Shown: positions 19,319 through 30,492 of the stretch, piece by piece
Layout: each line of letters starts with the position of its first letter
Position numbering within the stretch: the first letter of the stretch is position 1
Virus record (IMG/VR): IMGVR_UViG_2834148589_000001
Coordinates: 7,655-71,654 of that record
Length of the DNA stretch: 64,000 nt
Reading direction: 5' to 3' (one strand)
DNA from: a virus
Lineage: Duplodnaviria; Caudoviricetes
Notes under the pieces: generated by a model
What the model was told of the DNA's origin: nothing
Databases searched by the model: none
Seen by the model: the letters and a program-made list of their open reading frames with translations, nothing else
Translations under genes and position numbers: made by a program

Positions 19319-20350
19319 ATGCGCCTGAAATATGTGACGACTGAACGCCTGCCATCGGGGGCGACGCGATACCGGTTCCGGCGCAACGGCAAGGTCACGA
19401 CACTACGGGGCGAACCCGGCAGCCGGGAGTTCCATGAACACTACGCCGCGTTGATCGATGGTGTTCCGGTGGTGCCGATGAAAGCGGTGCGGGGATCCGT
19501 CGAATGGCTGGTCGGGCTTTTCCTGGAAGATCTGGAGCGAAAAGTTGCCGCGCGGCTGGCGTCACCCCTGACTCTGAAAGGCAAGCGGCATCATCTAGGG
19601 CGGCTCGTCGAGGAGTACGGCCCGAAGAGTGCAGAGATGCCGCGCTCGGCCGTCATCAAACTCGCGGACAAATACGCGGCCACCCCGGGCGCGGCCGACA
19701 ATCTGATCAAGGGAATATCCGGGCTCTATATCTGGGCGATCCAGCGCGAATACGTCCAGTGCGACAACCCGGCGCGGGGTGTCAAACGTATGACCCGCAA
19801 GACCAAGGGATTTGCGCCCTGGACCGCTGAAGATATTGCGCAGTTTCTGGCTTTCCACGCCCCGGGCACCACGGCCAGGCGCACGCTGATGCTCGCGGCG
19901 TGCACGACGGCCCGGCGCGGGGACTTGTGTCAGATCGGGCGACAGCACGAGGTCACGCGCGGGGGCAGGAAGTGGCTGCGCTGGGAACAGAACAAGGCCC
20001 CGCACGAGATCGTCGAGATGCCTATGTCCCGGGCGCTGCTGGCCGACCTGGCCGGCCATGGCAACATGACGTACATCCTGACGAGCTACGGGGCACCCTA
20101 CAGCGCGGCCGGCCTCGGGAACGCTTTCCGGAAGTGGGCCGACGATGCCGGTCTGAAGGGTCGCAGCTTGCACGGCGTCAGGAAGGGCGTGGCCGCCATG
20201 CTGACCGCATCCGGCGCGACATCGGCCGAGATCGACGTGTTGCTCGGCCATGAAATGGGAAGTCCGGAGACGAAGGTTTACGTCCGCAGCGCTGCCCGCG
20301 CAGGCCTCGCTGAGACCGTCGTCGACCGCATCGATGCGATGCTCGGATAG
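19319..20350 (+). CDS. Tyrosine integrase
   Basis: ARRGD, LHGVRK, LGH, C-terminal Y; adjacent to tRNA. Confidence 0.92.
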   Translation: MRLKYVTTERLPSGATRYRFRRNGKVTTLRGEPGSREFHEHYAALIDGVPVVPMKAVRGSVEWLVGLFLEDLERKVAARLASPLTLKGKRHHLGRLVEEYGPKSAEMPRSAVIKLADKYAATPGAADNLIKGISGLYIWAIQREYVQCDNPARGVKRMTRKTKGFAPWTAEDIAQFLAFHAPGTTARRTLMLAACTTARRGDLCQIGRQHEVTRGGRKWLRWEQNKAPHEIVEMPMSRALLADLAGHGNMTYILTSYGAPYSAAGLGNAFRKWADDAGLKGRSLHGVRKGVAAMLTASGATSAEIDVLLGHEMGSPETKVYVRSAARAGLAETVVDRIDAMLG

Positions 20351-20352
20351 CA

Positions 20353-20390
20353 AAAGTGTACCACGCCTGAGACGCAAAGTGTACCACGCC
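20353..20390. repeat. 15-bp direct repeat, putative integrase arm-type sites
   Basis: AAAGTGTACCACGCC at 20353 and 20376. Confidence 0.7.
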
Positions 20391-20440
20391 GAAAATTGCT
20401 CAATGAAACCAAGGCAAGTTCACTAAGCGTTCATGCAGGG

Positions 20441-20526
20441 TGGTAGCCGCTGTGGGACTCGAACCCACACGCCCATCCGGGCAACGGATTTTAAGTCCGG
20501 TCTGTCTACCATTCCAGCAAGCGGCC
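20441..20526 (-). tRNA. tRNA-Leu(TAA)
   Basis: GGCCGCT acceptor, CTTAAAA anticodon loop, long variable arm, GGTTCGAGTCC, encoded CCA. Confidence 0.95.
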
Positions 20527-20736
20527 TAACCGTTTTCTTTCAACACTTCGGTGCCGAGGTTGCAAGGTGCAAGTTCCGGGTGGCGTGGGCGAAGTGCCGG
20601 GGCAGGCAGAAACGCAGGCCTTGAGACCCGTGGGGAGTGTGGACAGGTTGGAACGGGCGAACGGGGTATCGTCCCGGACCCCGCGTGTGCCGGATGGCTG
20701 GCCGTGGCACTTGGGGCGGATGCCTTCCGACGTGCC

Positions 20737-20907
20737 TCAATCGGGGTCTGGAGGCGTCCCAGAAATCGCGGGCGGGTGTGTCGGGCGCCGGGGGATAAGG
20801 CGTTCGGGATAGGACGCGGTGGCAGGATCCGGCTTGGTGACCAGCGCCAGTTCGGCCTCCAGTCGCGCGGTCAGTTGCCGGGCGGCGATATCGTCGGATG
20901 AGGCCAT
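20737..20907 (-). CDS. Small hypothetical protein
   Basis: AGGAG RBS before MASSDDIAAR. Confidence 0.35.
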   Translation of the reverse strand: MASSDDIAARQLTARLEAELALVTKPDPATASYPERLIPRRPTHPPAISGTPPDPD

Positions 20908-21388
20908 TGCGCAGCGTTCTCCTACCTCCTGGGGCGGGCCCGCAGGCCGCGCTGCGGCCAAGCGGCGTTTCGGACGAAACTCTCCGCCCGCTCGAAACTC
21001 AGGCCCCCTGTTGCCCGTGACCCGCCCGTTCCAGCGTCGGCGGTTCCAGCGTCAGCGCACGGGCCCGGAGGGCGGGACAACAGCGCCCGGATGGCGGATC
21101 GCTGCCTTCCGGATTATCCATAACTGAAATGTGGATTTCCGCTCTTGGCGAGTCAAGCATCCTCTCGTCCCGTCTCGGAAACGCCATTCTTCGCCGTTTC
21201 GGGCGGCCCTGCGCCCGAGGCCGACGAGGATGAAGAAACCCCTGCGCGGAAACGCGCGGACCGGCATTCCCGCAGTTCCCCAGACGCCCCGCGCGGCAGA
21301 TCCTGCTGCGACGTGGCGTCCTGCCGCTGGTCTCTTGACCGCCCCGAAGCAGGGGTTAGGCATAGAGCAGACAAAGGGAGGACCCTCT

Positions 21389-23032
21389 ATGCTTGGTCAG
21401 ATGATGAGCCAGCCGCTGCTGATTTCCAGCCTGCTGGTGCATGCCGAACGCCACCACGGCAACCGCGAGATCGTCACGCGCCGCCCCGAGGGCGATATCC
21501 ACCGCACGACCTGGAAGGGCGTCTCCAAGCGTTCGCGCCAGCTTGCCAATGCGCTCGAAGGAATGGGACTAAAGGCCACGCAGCGCGTCGGCACGCTGGC
21601 CTGGAATACCGACCGCCATCTCGAACTCTATTACGGGGCCTCGGGCGCGGGCATGGTGCTGCACACGCTCAACCCACGGCTGCATCCCGATCAGCTGGTC
21701 TGGATCGCCGACAATGCGGGCGACCAGGCGATGTTCTTCGACCTGCAATTCCTGCCGCTGATCGAGGCGACGGCGCATCGCTACGAATCGGTCAAGCATT
21801 TCATCCTGATGTCCGACCGCGCGCATATGCCGGCCGAGACGAAGATCCCCAACCTTCAATGCTATGAAGAGCTGATCGAAAGCGCATCGGACACCTATGA
21901 CTGGCCGCAATTCGACGAAAATCAGGCCTCGTCGTTGTGCTACACGTCGGGGACCACGGGCAACCCAAAGGGGGTGCTCTATTCCCACCGCTCGACAGTG
22001 CTGCATGCCTATGCGGCGGTCGCGCCCGACGCGCTGAACCTGTCGTCGCGCGACGCGGTCCTGCCGGTGGTGCCGATGTTCCACGTCAACGCCTGGGGCC
22101 TGCCCTATTCGGCGGCGATGGCGGGGGCGAAGCTGGTCTTCCCGGGGCCGGGCATGGACGGGAAATCGCTCTATGACCTGTTCGAGGCCGAGGGCGTCAC
22201 CGTCTCGGCTGGCGTGCCGACCGTCTGGCAGGGGCTTCTGGCGCATGTCGAGGCCGAGGGCGCGCGCTTCTCGACGATGAAACGCACGGTCATCGGCGGT
22301 TCGGCCTGTCCGCCCGCCATGCTGCGCGCTTTCGACGAGACATATGGCGTGCAGGTTCTCCATGCCTGGGGCATGACCGAGATGTCGCCCCTGGGCACGG
22401 TCTGCACGCTGAAAGGCGGGCAGGAGGATCTGGACGGCGACGCCCGTTTCGCCGTGCTGTCGAAACAGGGCCGGGCGATCTTCGGCGTCGACATGAAGAT
22501 CGTCGGCCCCGATGGCGAGGAACTGCCCTGGGACGGCAAGACCTCGGGCGAGCTTCTGGTACGCGGGCCGTGGATCGTCGACAGCTATTACAACCGCCAT
22601 GGCGACGATATCCTGCGCTTCGACAAGGCGGGGCTCGGCTGGTTCCCCACGGGCGACGTCTCGGTCATCGACCCCGACGGCTTCATGCAGATCACCGACC
22701 GCACCAAGGACGTGATCAAGTCGGGCGGGGAGTGGATCTCGTCCATCGATCTGGAAAACATCGCGATGGGCCATCCCGGCGTCGCCATGGCCGCCTGCAT
22801 CGCCGCCTATCATCCGAAATGGGACGAGCGCCCGCTTCTGGTGGTGATGAAGAAACCCGGCGCCGAGGTGACGAAGGACGATATCCTCGGCTATCTCGAG
22901 GGCAAGATCGCCAAGTTCTGGACGCCCGACGACGTGGTCTTCGTCGACCAGATCCCGCTGGGGGCGACCGGCAAGATGCAGAAGAACAAGCTGCGCGAAG
23001 AGTTCAAGGATTACAACCTGCCGACGATTTAG
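21389..23032 (+). CDS. Acyl-CoA ligase (DmdB/AlkK-like)
   Basis: [28 protein letters not shown]; start MLGQMMSQ with GGAGG RBS. Confidence 0.92.
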   Translation: MLGQMMSQPLLISSLLVHAERHHGNREIVTRRPEGDIHRTTWKGVSKRSRQLANALEGMGLKATQRVGTLAWNTDRHLELYYGASGAGMVLHTLNPRLHPDQLVWIADNAGDQAMFFDLQFLPLIEATAHRYESVKHFILMSDRAHMPAETKIPNLQCYEELIESASDTYDWPQFDENQASSLCYTSGTTGNPKGVLYSHRSTVLHAYAAVAPDALNLSSRDAVLPVVPMFHVNAWGLPYSAAMAGAKLVFPGPGMDGKSLYDLFEAEGVTVSAGVPTVWQGLLAHVEAEGARFSTMKRTVIGGSACPPAMLRAFDETYGVQVLHAWGMTEMSPLGTVCTLKGGQEDLDGDARFAVLSKQGRAIFGVDMKIVGPDGEELPWDGKTSGELLVRGPWIVDSYYNRHGDDILRFDKAGLGWFPTGDVSVIDPDGFMQITDRTKDVIKSGGEWISSIDLENIAMGHPGVAMAACIAAYHPKWDERPLLVVMKKPGAEVTKDDILGYLEGKIAKFWTPDDVVFVDQIPLGATGKMQKNKLREEFKDYNLPTI

Positions 23033-23047
23033 GTTTCGGGCGGCGCG

Positions 23048-23198
23048 AGGGGGCTGTCTGCCCCCTCTTGGCCTGCGGCCAATTCACCCCCGAGGATATT
23101 TTCAGAACAAAGACGCGCAGGGTTAACAAAAGCTGAAGGCCCCGTCTTTGTTCCCTAAATATCCTCGGGGGGATCCAAGGGGGGCAGACAGCCCCCCT
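23048..23198. repeat. REP/MITE-like long inverted repeat between convergent genes
   Basis: GGGGGCTGTCTGCCCCC, CCCCCGAGGATATTT and GAACAAAGACG all recur inverted. Confidence 0.75.
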
Positions 23199-23227
23199 TG
23201 GCCGCGTTTCGCCACGGGCGCGCGGTT

Positions 23228-24847
23228 TCAGTCCGGGTGGCTGTCTTGCCAGTCTTCGAGCGCTGCACGCAGCCGTCGGATCAGCACGGCGCGGCGTTTT
23301 TCGTCGCCGGCGCCGGTCAGGGCCTCGTTCAGGTCGAGGAACAGGGTCGACACGTCGTTATGCCAATCAAGGCGCGCCACCGCGTCGGGGCGCAGCCGGG
23401 GCGGGGGGCGGCGCGGGTTGTCGGGCAGGGATTGAGGCCCGGCCGGCGTCAGGGTGAAGCCTTCGTCCAGCACCGGCCGCAGAACAGGCAGGGGCGACAG
23501 CGCGTCGGTTTCGGCCCGTGCCAGCGCCTCCATCGCCGGGGGCTCGCCATGGGTCAGGAACAGCGCCTGCCGGATCGGTCCCCTTGCGGCGATCCAGGCC
23601 TGCAGTTCCGGCCCGTCGGCATGGCCGGAATAGAGATCCATCGACCGGATCCGCGCCCGGACCTCAATCGGTTCGCCATGGATGCGCACGCGTGTCGCGC
23701 CGTCGAGCAGGATGCGTCCCAGCGTGCCCTGCGCCTGATAGCCCGCCATCATCACCGTTGCGGCCTCGGACCACAGCCAGCGTTTCAGCCGGTGGCGGAT
23801 GCGCCCCGCCTCGCACATGCCCGAGGCGGCAATGACGATGTGAAACCCTTCGACATCGTCGAGGCGTTTTGAGTCTTCGACATCCTGCGTGACATGCAGC
23901 CAGGGCGCGTGCACCGCGCGGCTCAGCGCGCGGCCATGATCCAGAAGCCCGTGGTGGCGGTCGAAGATCTCGGTCGCGCGCGCGGCCAGCGGACTGTCCA
24001 GATAGACCGGGACTTCGGGCAACGTGCCGTCCTCGAACAGCCGTGCCAGGTCGGCGATAAGCTCCTGCGCGCGTTCGACCGCGAAAGAGGGGATCAGCAG
24101 CACGCCATCGGGGCGCATCGCCGCGCGGATCTCTTCGCCCAGAAGCGCGCGGCGGACCTCGTCAGAGGCCGACAGCCGGTCGGTATCGCCATAGGTGCTT
24201 TCGCAGATCACGTAATCCAGCCCCGACGGCCCCTCGGGATCGGGATGCAGAAGCTTGAAGGCCGGGCCGATATCGCCCGAGAACAACAGCCGCATCGGGT
24301 CGCGGTGGCCGGGGATCATCACCTCGATCTCGACCGAGGCCGAGCCCAGCATGTGCCCCGCGTTCCAGAACCGCGCGCGGGTGCCGGGCAGGACGGGGAT
24401 CCAGTCGCCGTAATCGGCGCCGCGAAACTGCGCCAGCGTGCGCTCGACATCCTCGCCGTCATAGATCGGTGTCACCGTCTCGCGGTTCCAGCGGGCGCGG
24501 CGGCGGTTCAACTGCTTCACTTCGAGCGCCTGAATATGGGCGGCATCGGGCAGCATGACGCTGCACAGATCGGCGCTGGCACGGGTGGCGTGGATCGGCC
24601 CGGCGAAGCCCGCGCGCACCAGCTTCGGCAGCAGCCCGGAATGGTCGATATGGGCGTGCGTCAGCAGCACGGCGTCGATCTTCGTCGCGTCGAAGGGGAA
24701 GGGGCGGTAATTCAGCTCTTTCTCGGTCTTCGAACCCTGCACCATCCCGCAATCGATCAGCAGCGTGCCGGTCGCCGTTTCCAGCCGGAAGCACGAGCCG
24801 GTCACCGCGCGGGCGGCGCCGTGGAAGGTCAGGATGGGGAATGTCAT
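23228..24847 (-). CDS. MBL-fold beta-CASP nuclease (YSH1-like)
   Basis: THAHIDH, AGHMLGS, ESTYG, YSGHAD. Confidence 0.92.
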   Translation of the reverse strand: MTFPILTFHGAARAVTGSCFRLETATGTLLIDCGMVQGSKTEKELNYRPFPFDATKIDAVLLTHAHIDHSGLLPKLVRAGFAGPIHATRASADLCSVMLPDAAHIQALEVKQLNRRRARWNRETVTPIYDGEDVERTLAQFRGADYGDWIPVLPGTRARFWNAGHMLGSASVEIEVMIPGHRDPMRLLFSGDIGPAFKLLHPDPEGPSGLDYVICESTYGDTDRLSASDEVRRALLGEEIRAAMRPDGVLLIPSFAVERAQELIADLARLFEDGTLPEVPVYLDSPLAARATEIFDRHHGLLDHGRALSRAVHAPWLHVTQDVEDSKRLDDVEGFHIVIAASGMCEAGRIRHRLKRWLWSEAATVMMAGYQAQGTLGRILLDGATRVRIHGEPIEVRARIRSMDLYSGHADGPELQAWIAARGPIRQALFLTHGEPPAMEALARAETDALSPLPVLRPVLDEGFTLTPAGPQSLPDNPRRPPPRLRPDAVARLDWHNDVSTLFLDLNEALTGAGDEKRRAVLIRRLRAALEDWQDSHPD

Positions 24848-24896
24848 GCGGGCACCTCCGGCCTGCATCCTCGCGCTCAAGCGCCCGCCGCGCAAC

Positions 24897-24925
24897 GAAA
24901 AACCCCGGCGCGGGGCCGGGGTCTC
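24897..24925 (-). terminator. Rho-independent terminator after gpt
   Basis: ACCCCGGC/GCCGGGGT stem with T-tract on minus strand. Confidence 0.7.
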
Positions 24926-24946
24926 AGACGATGGGGCAGGGGATGC

Positions 24947-25465
24947 TCAGTCGCGGCCGCGATAGGGCTCGACATATTGCAGCGCCATGTCCCACGGGAA
25001 GAAGATCCACGTGTCCTGGCTCACGCCTGTGATGAAGGTGTCGGTCTGCTTCTCGCCCTCGGGCTTGGCATAGACGCAGGCGAAATGCGCCTTCGGGTAA
25101 AGCTTGCGCACCAGTTCCAGCGTCTTGCCGGTATCCACCAGATCGTCGACGATCAGGATGCCTTCGCCGTCGCCCATCATCTCAGCATCGGGCGACTTGA
25201 TGACCTGCGCTTCGCGGCGCATGTCTTCCTTGCCGCCGCCGGAATGATAGGACTTCACGCTGATCGTATCGACCGTGCGGATGTCGAGCTCGCGCGAGAC
25301 GATCATCGCGGGGGCCATGCCGCCACGGGTGATGGCGACGACGGCGCGCCAGTTGCCGTCTTCGGGGCCGCGGCCCTGCAGGCGCCAGGCCAGCGCGCGG
25401 GCGTCGCGATGGAGCTGGTCCCAGCTGACATGGAAGCCTTTTTCATGCGGCAGGCGGTCGTTCAT
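24947..25465 (-). CDS. gpt: Xanthine phosphoribosyltransferase
   Basis: [25 protein letters not shown]. Confidence 0.95.
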   Translation of the reverse strand: MNDRLPHEKGFHVSWDQLHRDARALAWRLQGRGPEDGNWRAVVAITRGGMAPAMIVSRELDIRTVDTISVKSYHSGGGKEDMRREAQVIKSPDAEMMGDGEGILIVDDLVDTGKTLELVRKLYPKAHFACVYAKPEGEKQTDTFITGVSQDTWIFFPWDMALQYVEPYRGRD

Positions 25466-25476
25466 CGATGTCTCCT

Positions 25477-26088
25477 TCAGCGGGATAGCAGCAGGCGCAG
25501 GCCCAGGGCGCCCAGAACCACGCCGGCAATGCGGTCGATCCAGAGCTTGGCGCGCAGATAGCCCGCGCGCGCGGCGGGATGCGAGAGGGTCAGGGCGATC
25601 AGGGCATAACCCAGAAGTTCCAGCAGGAAATGCGCGGCGATCACCATCGCGCCGTCGCGCAGGCCCAGACCGGCGGGGAAGATCACCACCAGGACGGCGC
25701 CCGCGAACAGGACCGATTTCGGATTGCCCAGATTGACCAGCATTCCCGACACGAACGCCCGGCCCCAGCGACGGCGCCCGGCGCGGCCCTCGCCCAGGGG
25801 GGCGCCGGCGTCCCGCCAGAGATGGAAGGCGATCCAGATCAGGTACAGCGCGCCCGCCAGTTTCATCGCCCCGAAGGCCCAGGGCGCCAGCGCGAAGAGC
25901 GCGCTGAGCCCCGTCAGGGCGGCCAGCGTCCAGCACGCGGCGATCAGTCCCAGCCCGGCGCCGGTGGCGATGCCCGCGCCCAGCCCGCCGGTCAGCGTGT
26001 TGCGCATGGCCAGAAGCATGGCGGGTCCCGGCACCGCGAAGGCGGCGCCGAGGGTCAGGACGAAGGTGAGAAGCTGGGCGCCGGTCAT
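25477..26088 (-). CDS. LysE/RhtB family translocator
   Basis: PGPAM, GALYLIW, NLGNPK. Confidence 0.9.
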   Translation of the reverse strand: MTGAQLLTFVLTLGAAFAVPGPAMLLAMRNTLTGGLGAGIATGAGLGLIAACWTLAALTGLSALFALAPWAFGAMKLAGALYLIWIAFHLWRDAGAPLGEGRAGRRRWGRAFVSGMLVNLGNPKSVLFAGAVLVVIFPAGLGLRDGAMVIAAHFLLELLGYALIALTLSHPAARAGYLRAKLWIDRIAGVVLGALGLRLLLSR

Positions 26089-26101
26089 CGCGGAGCGCCC
26101 G

Positions 26102-26920
26102 TTATTCGGGCTTCTTGCCCGCGTCGATATCGGGCGCATCGACGGCCTTCATGCCGACGACGTGATACCCCGCATCGACATGCAGCACCTCGCCCGTCGT
26201 CCCCGAGCCCAGATCGGACAGCAGGTAAAGCGCGGCCTTGCCGACCTCTTCCTGCGTCACGTTGCGGCGCAGGGGCGCGTTCAGCTCGTTCCACTTCATG
26301 ATGTAGCGGAAATCGCCGATGCCCGAGGCGGCCAGCGTCTTGATCGGCCCGGCCGAGATCGCGTTGCAGCGGATGCCGTCGCGGCCCAGATCCTCGGCGA
26401 TATACATGACCGAGGCTTCCAGCGCCGCCTTGGCCACGCCCATCACGTTGTAATGCGGCATGACCTGTTCGGCGCCGTAATAGGTCAGCGTCAGGATCGA
26501 GCCGCCCTCGGGCATCATCGCGGCCGCGCGCTTGGCGACGGCGGTGAAGGAGTAGACGGAAATGTCCATCGTCTTCAGGAAGTTCGCGTGCGACGTGTCG
26601 ACGTAGCGGCCGCGCAGCTCGTTCTTGTCGGAAAAGCCGATGGCATGGACCACGAAGTCGATCTCGCTCCAGACGTCTTTCAGCGCGTCGAACATCGCGT
26701 CGACCGACTCCATCTGCGAGACGTCGCATTCGAAAAGACGCGGCACGCCCAGTTGTTCGGCCAGCGGCACAACGCGCTTCTTCAGCGCTTCGCCCTGATA
26801 ACTGAAGGCGAGTTCCGCACCCTGCGAGGCCAGCGCCTGGGCGATCCCCCAGGCAATGGATTTGTCGTTGGCGAGGCCCATAATAAGGCCCTTCTTGCCC
26901 GCCATTAGCCCTGCTGACAT
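26102..26920 (-). CDS. fabI: Enoyl-ACP reductase
   Basis: GLANDKSIAWGIA, YNVMGVAKAALE, AGPIKTLA. Confidence 0.97.
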   Translation of the reverse strand: MSAGLMAGKKGLIMGLANDKSIAWGIAQALASQGAELAFSYQGEALKKRVVPLAEQLGVPRLFECDVSQMESVDAMFDALKDVWSEIDFVVHAIGFSDKNELRGRYVDTSHANFLKTMDISVYSFTAVAKRAAAMMPEGGSILTLTYYGAEQVMPHYNVMGVAKAALEASVMYIAEDLGRDGIRCNAISAGPIKTLAASGIGDFRYIMKWNELNAPLRRNVTQEEVGKAALYLLSDLGSGTTGEVLHVDAGYHVVGMKAVDAPDIDAGKKPE

Positions 26921-27061
26921 CGCGGTCTCCGGATCCTGAACTTACGTAAGGTGCAGCTATAGGCCGAAGGTCTTGGCGCATCAAGGGTTCGCGCTCTTGC
27001 CAGTGGATATGGAAAACTGCGAGTGTCGGCGCGGTTGCAAGACAAAGCCGGAGCCTGAGCC

Positions 27062-27745
27062 ATGAGCGACGCCACCCAGAACGACCGCCCGGAAGGGCCC
27101 GGAGCCGACGATCCGGCGGGCTCCGATGCCGCGCGCGGCGGTATCTTTTCCGGCGAAGATCCGTTTCTGATTGCGAAACGCTGGCTGGCCGAGGCCGAGG
27201 CCACCGAGCCGAACGACCCCAACGCGATTGCTCTCTCTACGGTTGATTCGGAGGGTCTGCCGAACGTGCGGATGGTTCTGCTCAAGGACATCGAAAGCGC
27301 GGGCGCGGGGCAGGGGGCCTTCGTCTTCTATACCAATTACGAAAGCGTGAAGGCGCGCGAGATCGAGCAGGCGGGCAAGGCTGCTTTCGTGATGCATTGG
27401 AAATCCCTGCGCCGGCAGATCCGCGTCCGGGGTCTTGTGACGCGGGAAAATGGCGAAAAAGCAGATGCTTACTACCAAAGTCGGTCTTTGCAGTCGCGGC
27501 TTGGTGCCTGGGCCTCGCGGCAGTCTCAGCCGCTTGCGTCGCGGGGCGCGCTGATGGCCGAGGTCGCGAAGATGAGCCTGCGCCACGGAACAAATCCGCC
27601 GCGCCCGGATTTCTGGGGCGGGTTCCGGATCGCTCCGGTCGAAATCGAGTTCTGGGCCGATGGTGCCTTCCGGTTGCACGATCGCTTCCGCTTCACACGC
27701 GCCAGCGTCGGCGGACCTTGGCTCAGCCGGCGTCTCAACCCGTGA
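27062..27745 (+). CDS. pdxH: Pyridoxamine 5'-phosphate oxidase
   Basis: [29 protein letters not shown]. Confidence 0.96.
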   Translation: MSDATQNDRPEGPGADDPAGSDAARGGIFSGEDPFLIAKRWLAEAEATEPNDPNAIALSTVDSEGLPNVRMVLLKDIESAGAGQGAFVFYTNYESVKAREIEQAGKAAFVMHWKSLRRQIRVRGLVTRENGEKADAYYQSRSLQSRLGAWASRQSQPLASRGALMAEVAKMSLRHGTNPPRPDFWGGFRIAPVEIEFWADGAFRLHDRFRFTRASVGGPWLSRRLNP

Positions 27746-27822
27746 AATTCACGCTTCGTGAAACGTCCATGCCTTGTGTTCGGCGCATTTTGCGTGAATG
27801 CTGACCGCTGGTTGGTGATTGT

Positions 27823-28359
27823 ATGGTTGGGACTAACGGAATGGTTGAGGTTGAACGAGGACTTCCGCGTGTTCGCGGAAGCGTTAAATGGTTCGATCCC
27901 GGAAAAGGCTTCGGGTTCATCGTGGCGGATAGTGGCGGGCCGGATATCCTGCTGCATGTGAACGCGCTGCGGAATTTCGGTCAGAGCTCGGTCTGTGATC
28001 GCGCCGGAATCGAAGTGACCGTGCAGCAGACGCAGCGGGGCCTGCAGGCCGTCGAGGTCTTCGAGATCACGCCGCCCGAGGATGCCACGCAAGATGCCGA
28101 AACCGTGGCCCCGGTCGATCCGGACGTGCCGCTGGAACCCGCGCGCATCAAGTGGTTCGACAAGGTGAAGGGATTCGGCTTCGCCAATGTCTTCGGCCGG
28201 ACCGAAGACGTGTTCATTCACATGGAAGTGCTGCGCAAGTCCGGCTTTGCCGAGTTACAACCGGGCGAAGCGGTCGGTTTGCGGATCGTCGATGGCGAAC
28301 GGGGCCGGATGGCCGTGTCTATCGCGTCGTGGGAGACCGCGCTGCACAAGAAGGGATGA
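27823..28359 (+). CDS. Tandem cold-shock domain protein
   Basis: Two KWFD..KGFGF motifs; start uncertain (27823 or 27841). Confidence 0.92.
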   Translation: MVGTNGMVEVERGLPRVRGSVKWFDPGKGFGFIVADSGGPDILLHVNALRNFGQSSVCDRAGIEVTVQQTQRGLQAVEVFEITPPEDATQDAETVAPVDPDVPLEPARIKWFDKVKGFGFANVFGRTEDVFIHMEVLRKSGFAELQPGEAVGLRIVDGERGRMAVSIASWETALHKKG

Positions 28360-28865
28360 ACGCGATGCTGGGACGAACGGGGCAGGGAAGAACGGGAACG
28401 CGCGCCGCGCTGGCACTGGGGATCACTCTGGCGATGGCGGTTCCCGCTTTTGCCGAATGCCGTCCGGGCCAGGTTCAACTGCGCGGGGATTTCGGCACCG
28501 CCGCCTTCTCGGTCGAGATCGCCGATGACGACGGCGAACGCGCGCAGGGCCTGATGCATCGCGAAAGCATGGGGCGCTTCGCCGGCATGCTGTTCGTGTT
28601 CGAGCGCCCGCAACGCGCGGTGTTCTGGATGGAGAACACCCTCATCCCGCTGGACATGTTGTTCATCGACGCGTCGGGCGTGGTTCGCCATGTGCACGAA
28701 AACGCCGTGCCGATGGACCGCACGCCGATCGATGGCGGCACGGATATCCAATACGTGCTCGAGATCAATGGCGGGATGGCCAGCCGCCTCGGGATCGAGG
28801 ACGGCGCCGAGCTGCGCCATCCGGCGATTGCGGCCGACGGCGCGGCCTGGCCCTGCGACGAATAA
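28356..28865 (+). CDS. DUF192 protein
   Basis: RAQGLMHR, GMLFVF, FWMENTLIPLDMLF. Confidence 0.92.
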   Translation: MNAMLGRTGQGRTGTRAALALGITLAMAVPAFAECRPGQVQLRGDFGTAAFSVEIADDDGERAQGLMHRESMGRFAGMLFVFERPQRAVFWMENTLIPLDMLFIDASGVVRHVHENAVPMDRTPIDGGTDIQYVLEINGGMASRLGIEDGAELRHPAIAADGAAWPCDE

Positions 28866-28952
28866 TCCCCGAGGCGTCGCCCTTTTCCTGCGATGGAGAG
28901 GGTGACGTTTCGCTCTTCCTTGTCGTCTTGCGGTGGTCTATGACGCGCCTGT

Positions 28953-29029
28953 CGGGGCGTGGCGCAGCTTGGTAGCGCGACGGTTTTGGGTACCGTAGGT
29001 CGTAGGTTCGAATCCTATCGCCCCGACCA
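28953..29029 (+). tRNA. tRNA-Pro(TGG)
   Basis: CGGGGCG acceptor, TTTGGGT loop, GGTTCGAATCC, CCA. Confidence 0.97.
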
Positions 29030-29082
29030 GCACTTAGCCCGTTTCAGGGCGCCGCGTTTTACACGTCGGTTTACAAAGACGT

Positions 29083-30150
29083 TCACGTTTGCTTCCCGGC
29101 GCGAGTCAGTTTCTCGGCCAGACCGTCCGACATTTCTGGCGACAGGGCGGTGTAGCGCTCGATCACCTCGGACGCGTGTTTGATCGACCAGCCCATCGCC
29201 GTCGCGATTTCCTTCAGGCTGGCATCGGCCATGAGCAGCCGCGTTGCAGCGGTCCCGCGCGCATCGTAGAGGCGCAGGCCGGCGCGGATCTTCAGCTTGT
29301 CGCGCCACTGGCTGACCGCATCCCCCAGATAGTTCTCGTGCTGGTACGGCTCGCCGCCCTTGTTGACGATGAAATGCGTCTGCCCCGGCGGCGTCTCTGC
29401 GATCAGCCGCGCCATCCGGGGTGTCACCGGGATCGAGGCCAACCGCTTGCGCTTGGCCGTCCAGATCACGATCCGCTGGCCCTTCGGCGTCGGGTGGATA
29501 TGCGCGCGGCAGAGCCCGGCCAGGTCGCCAGGTCTGAGGCCGGTTTCGGTGGCGGCGATCAGGATCCGGCTGACATGGGCGGGGGCGCCCTTCTCGAAAG
29601 CGGCGATGTCGTCATCCGTCCAGAACATATCGGCTCGGTTCGAGCTGTAGAGGCTGCGGATCTTCTGCAGGTGATTGTGCCGCAGCATCGTGCGATCGAC
29701 CGCCCATCCGACCAGGCGCTGCAGGTGCCGGATGCGATCATCCCCGACCTTGCCGCCGATGCCGTCGCGCCATTTCAGGGCAATCCCCCGGATGCGCGGG
29801 TCGTCGAAGACAGCGCGGGGTCCGCCGCCGAACTTCGCGTCGATCCCGGTCTTCGGGTGGTAGAAGCTGGTCTTCATGTCGGATTGCGTGCGCTGTGCCA
29901 GGCGGGCGAAATCCTGAGACCGGGTGAACTCGATGATGATCTCGCGGAACAGCCCGCGCGCCTGTTCCGCGACCGGACGGCTTGCCGACAGCGCGGCCAG
30001 GTATTCGGGCGAGCCTTCGTCAAAGGCCATGGCGCTGTTCCAGAACGGCACCGCCCCGCGCCCGCGCGAGGCATAGTGATAGACGCGGATCGTCCCGTCC
30101 GCGAGCTTACGCCGGACCCGGTGGACCCCTTTAACGCTGATCATTGTCAT
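29083..30150 (-). CDS. Tyrosine integrase
   Basis: TGLRPGD, LYDARGT, MGW, ERY; start MTMIS. Confidence 0.9.
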   Translation of the reverse strand: MTMISVKGVHRVRRKLADGTIRVYHYASRGRGAVPFWNSAMAFDEGSPEYLAALSASRPVAEQARGLFREIIIEFTRSQDFARLAQRTQSDMKTSFYHPKTGIDAKFGGGPRAVFDDPRIRGIALKWRDGIGGKVGDDRIRHLQRLVGWAVDRTMLRHNHLQKIRSLYSSNRADMFWTDDDIAAFEKGAPAHVSRILIAATETGLRPGDLAGLCRAHIHPTPKGQRIVIWTAKRKRLASIPVTPRMARLIAETPPGQTHFIVNKGGEPYQHENYLGDAVSQWRDKLKIRAGLRLYDARGTAATRLLMADASLKEIATAMGWSIKHASEVIERYTALSPEMSDGLAEKLTRAGKQT

Positions 30151-30322
30151 GTTCCCGGAACCACGCATCCACCGCCGACTCTTCGACTGGAGTGTGCGAG
30201 ATGATCGCCGGATCGACAAATGCAATTCCGACAGGGGTCTGCACCGCAACCTTCCCGACCTTCTCGGCCGCCAGGATCGCGCGTGTCAGCTCGGCCTGTG
30301 TGAACCGCGCGCGCTCGGTCAT
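30131..30322 (-). CDS. Putative excisionase
   Basis: ARFTQAELTRAI, upstream of integrase. Confidence 0.65.
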   Translation of the reverse strand: MTERARFTQAELTRAILAAEKVGKVAVQTPVGIAFVDPAIISHTPVEESAVDAWFREHDNDQR

Positions 30323-30492
30323 GGGTTTTGCCTCCGCCACTCTTTGCGCAAGTCCTCTAGGGCCTTCGATGTCATATCCTGCAACTGCCCGATGCGGGAC
30401 TTCTTGTCCCGCCAACCGAGGCCGTTGATGATCTTCTCAGCCGCCGCCAAATGGTGGGTCAGGGCGTCGAGCTGCTCCTCGCGGTCGGTCAT
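30319..30492 (-). CDS. Small hypothetical protein
   Basis: ATGA-coupled, 57 aa (MTDREEQLD...). Confidence 0.5.
   Translation of the reverse strand: MTDREEQLDALTHHLAAAEKIINGLGWRDKKSRIGQLQDMTSKALEDLRKEWRRQNP

Larger units (their letters stand above)
1..20440. mobile_element. Prophage 1 (lambda-like cos phage), right part; integrated at 3' end of tRNA-Leu
   Basis: Head, packaging, replication, CI/Cro and integrase genes in lambdoid order, ending just before the tRNA 3' end; left end outside window. Confidence 0.93.

Noticed and set aside
20441-20526. Exact att core duplications for either prophage
   Set aside because: Distal prophage ends lie outside the window, so the cores cannot be defined
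29250-29280. Integrase 2 has YDAR instead of HxxR, possibly inactive
   Set aside because: Other catalytic residues and the ORF are intact; substitutions at this His are tolerated in tyrosine recombinases
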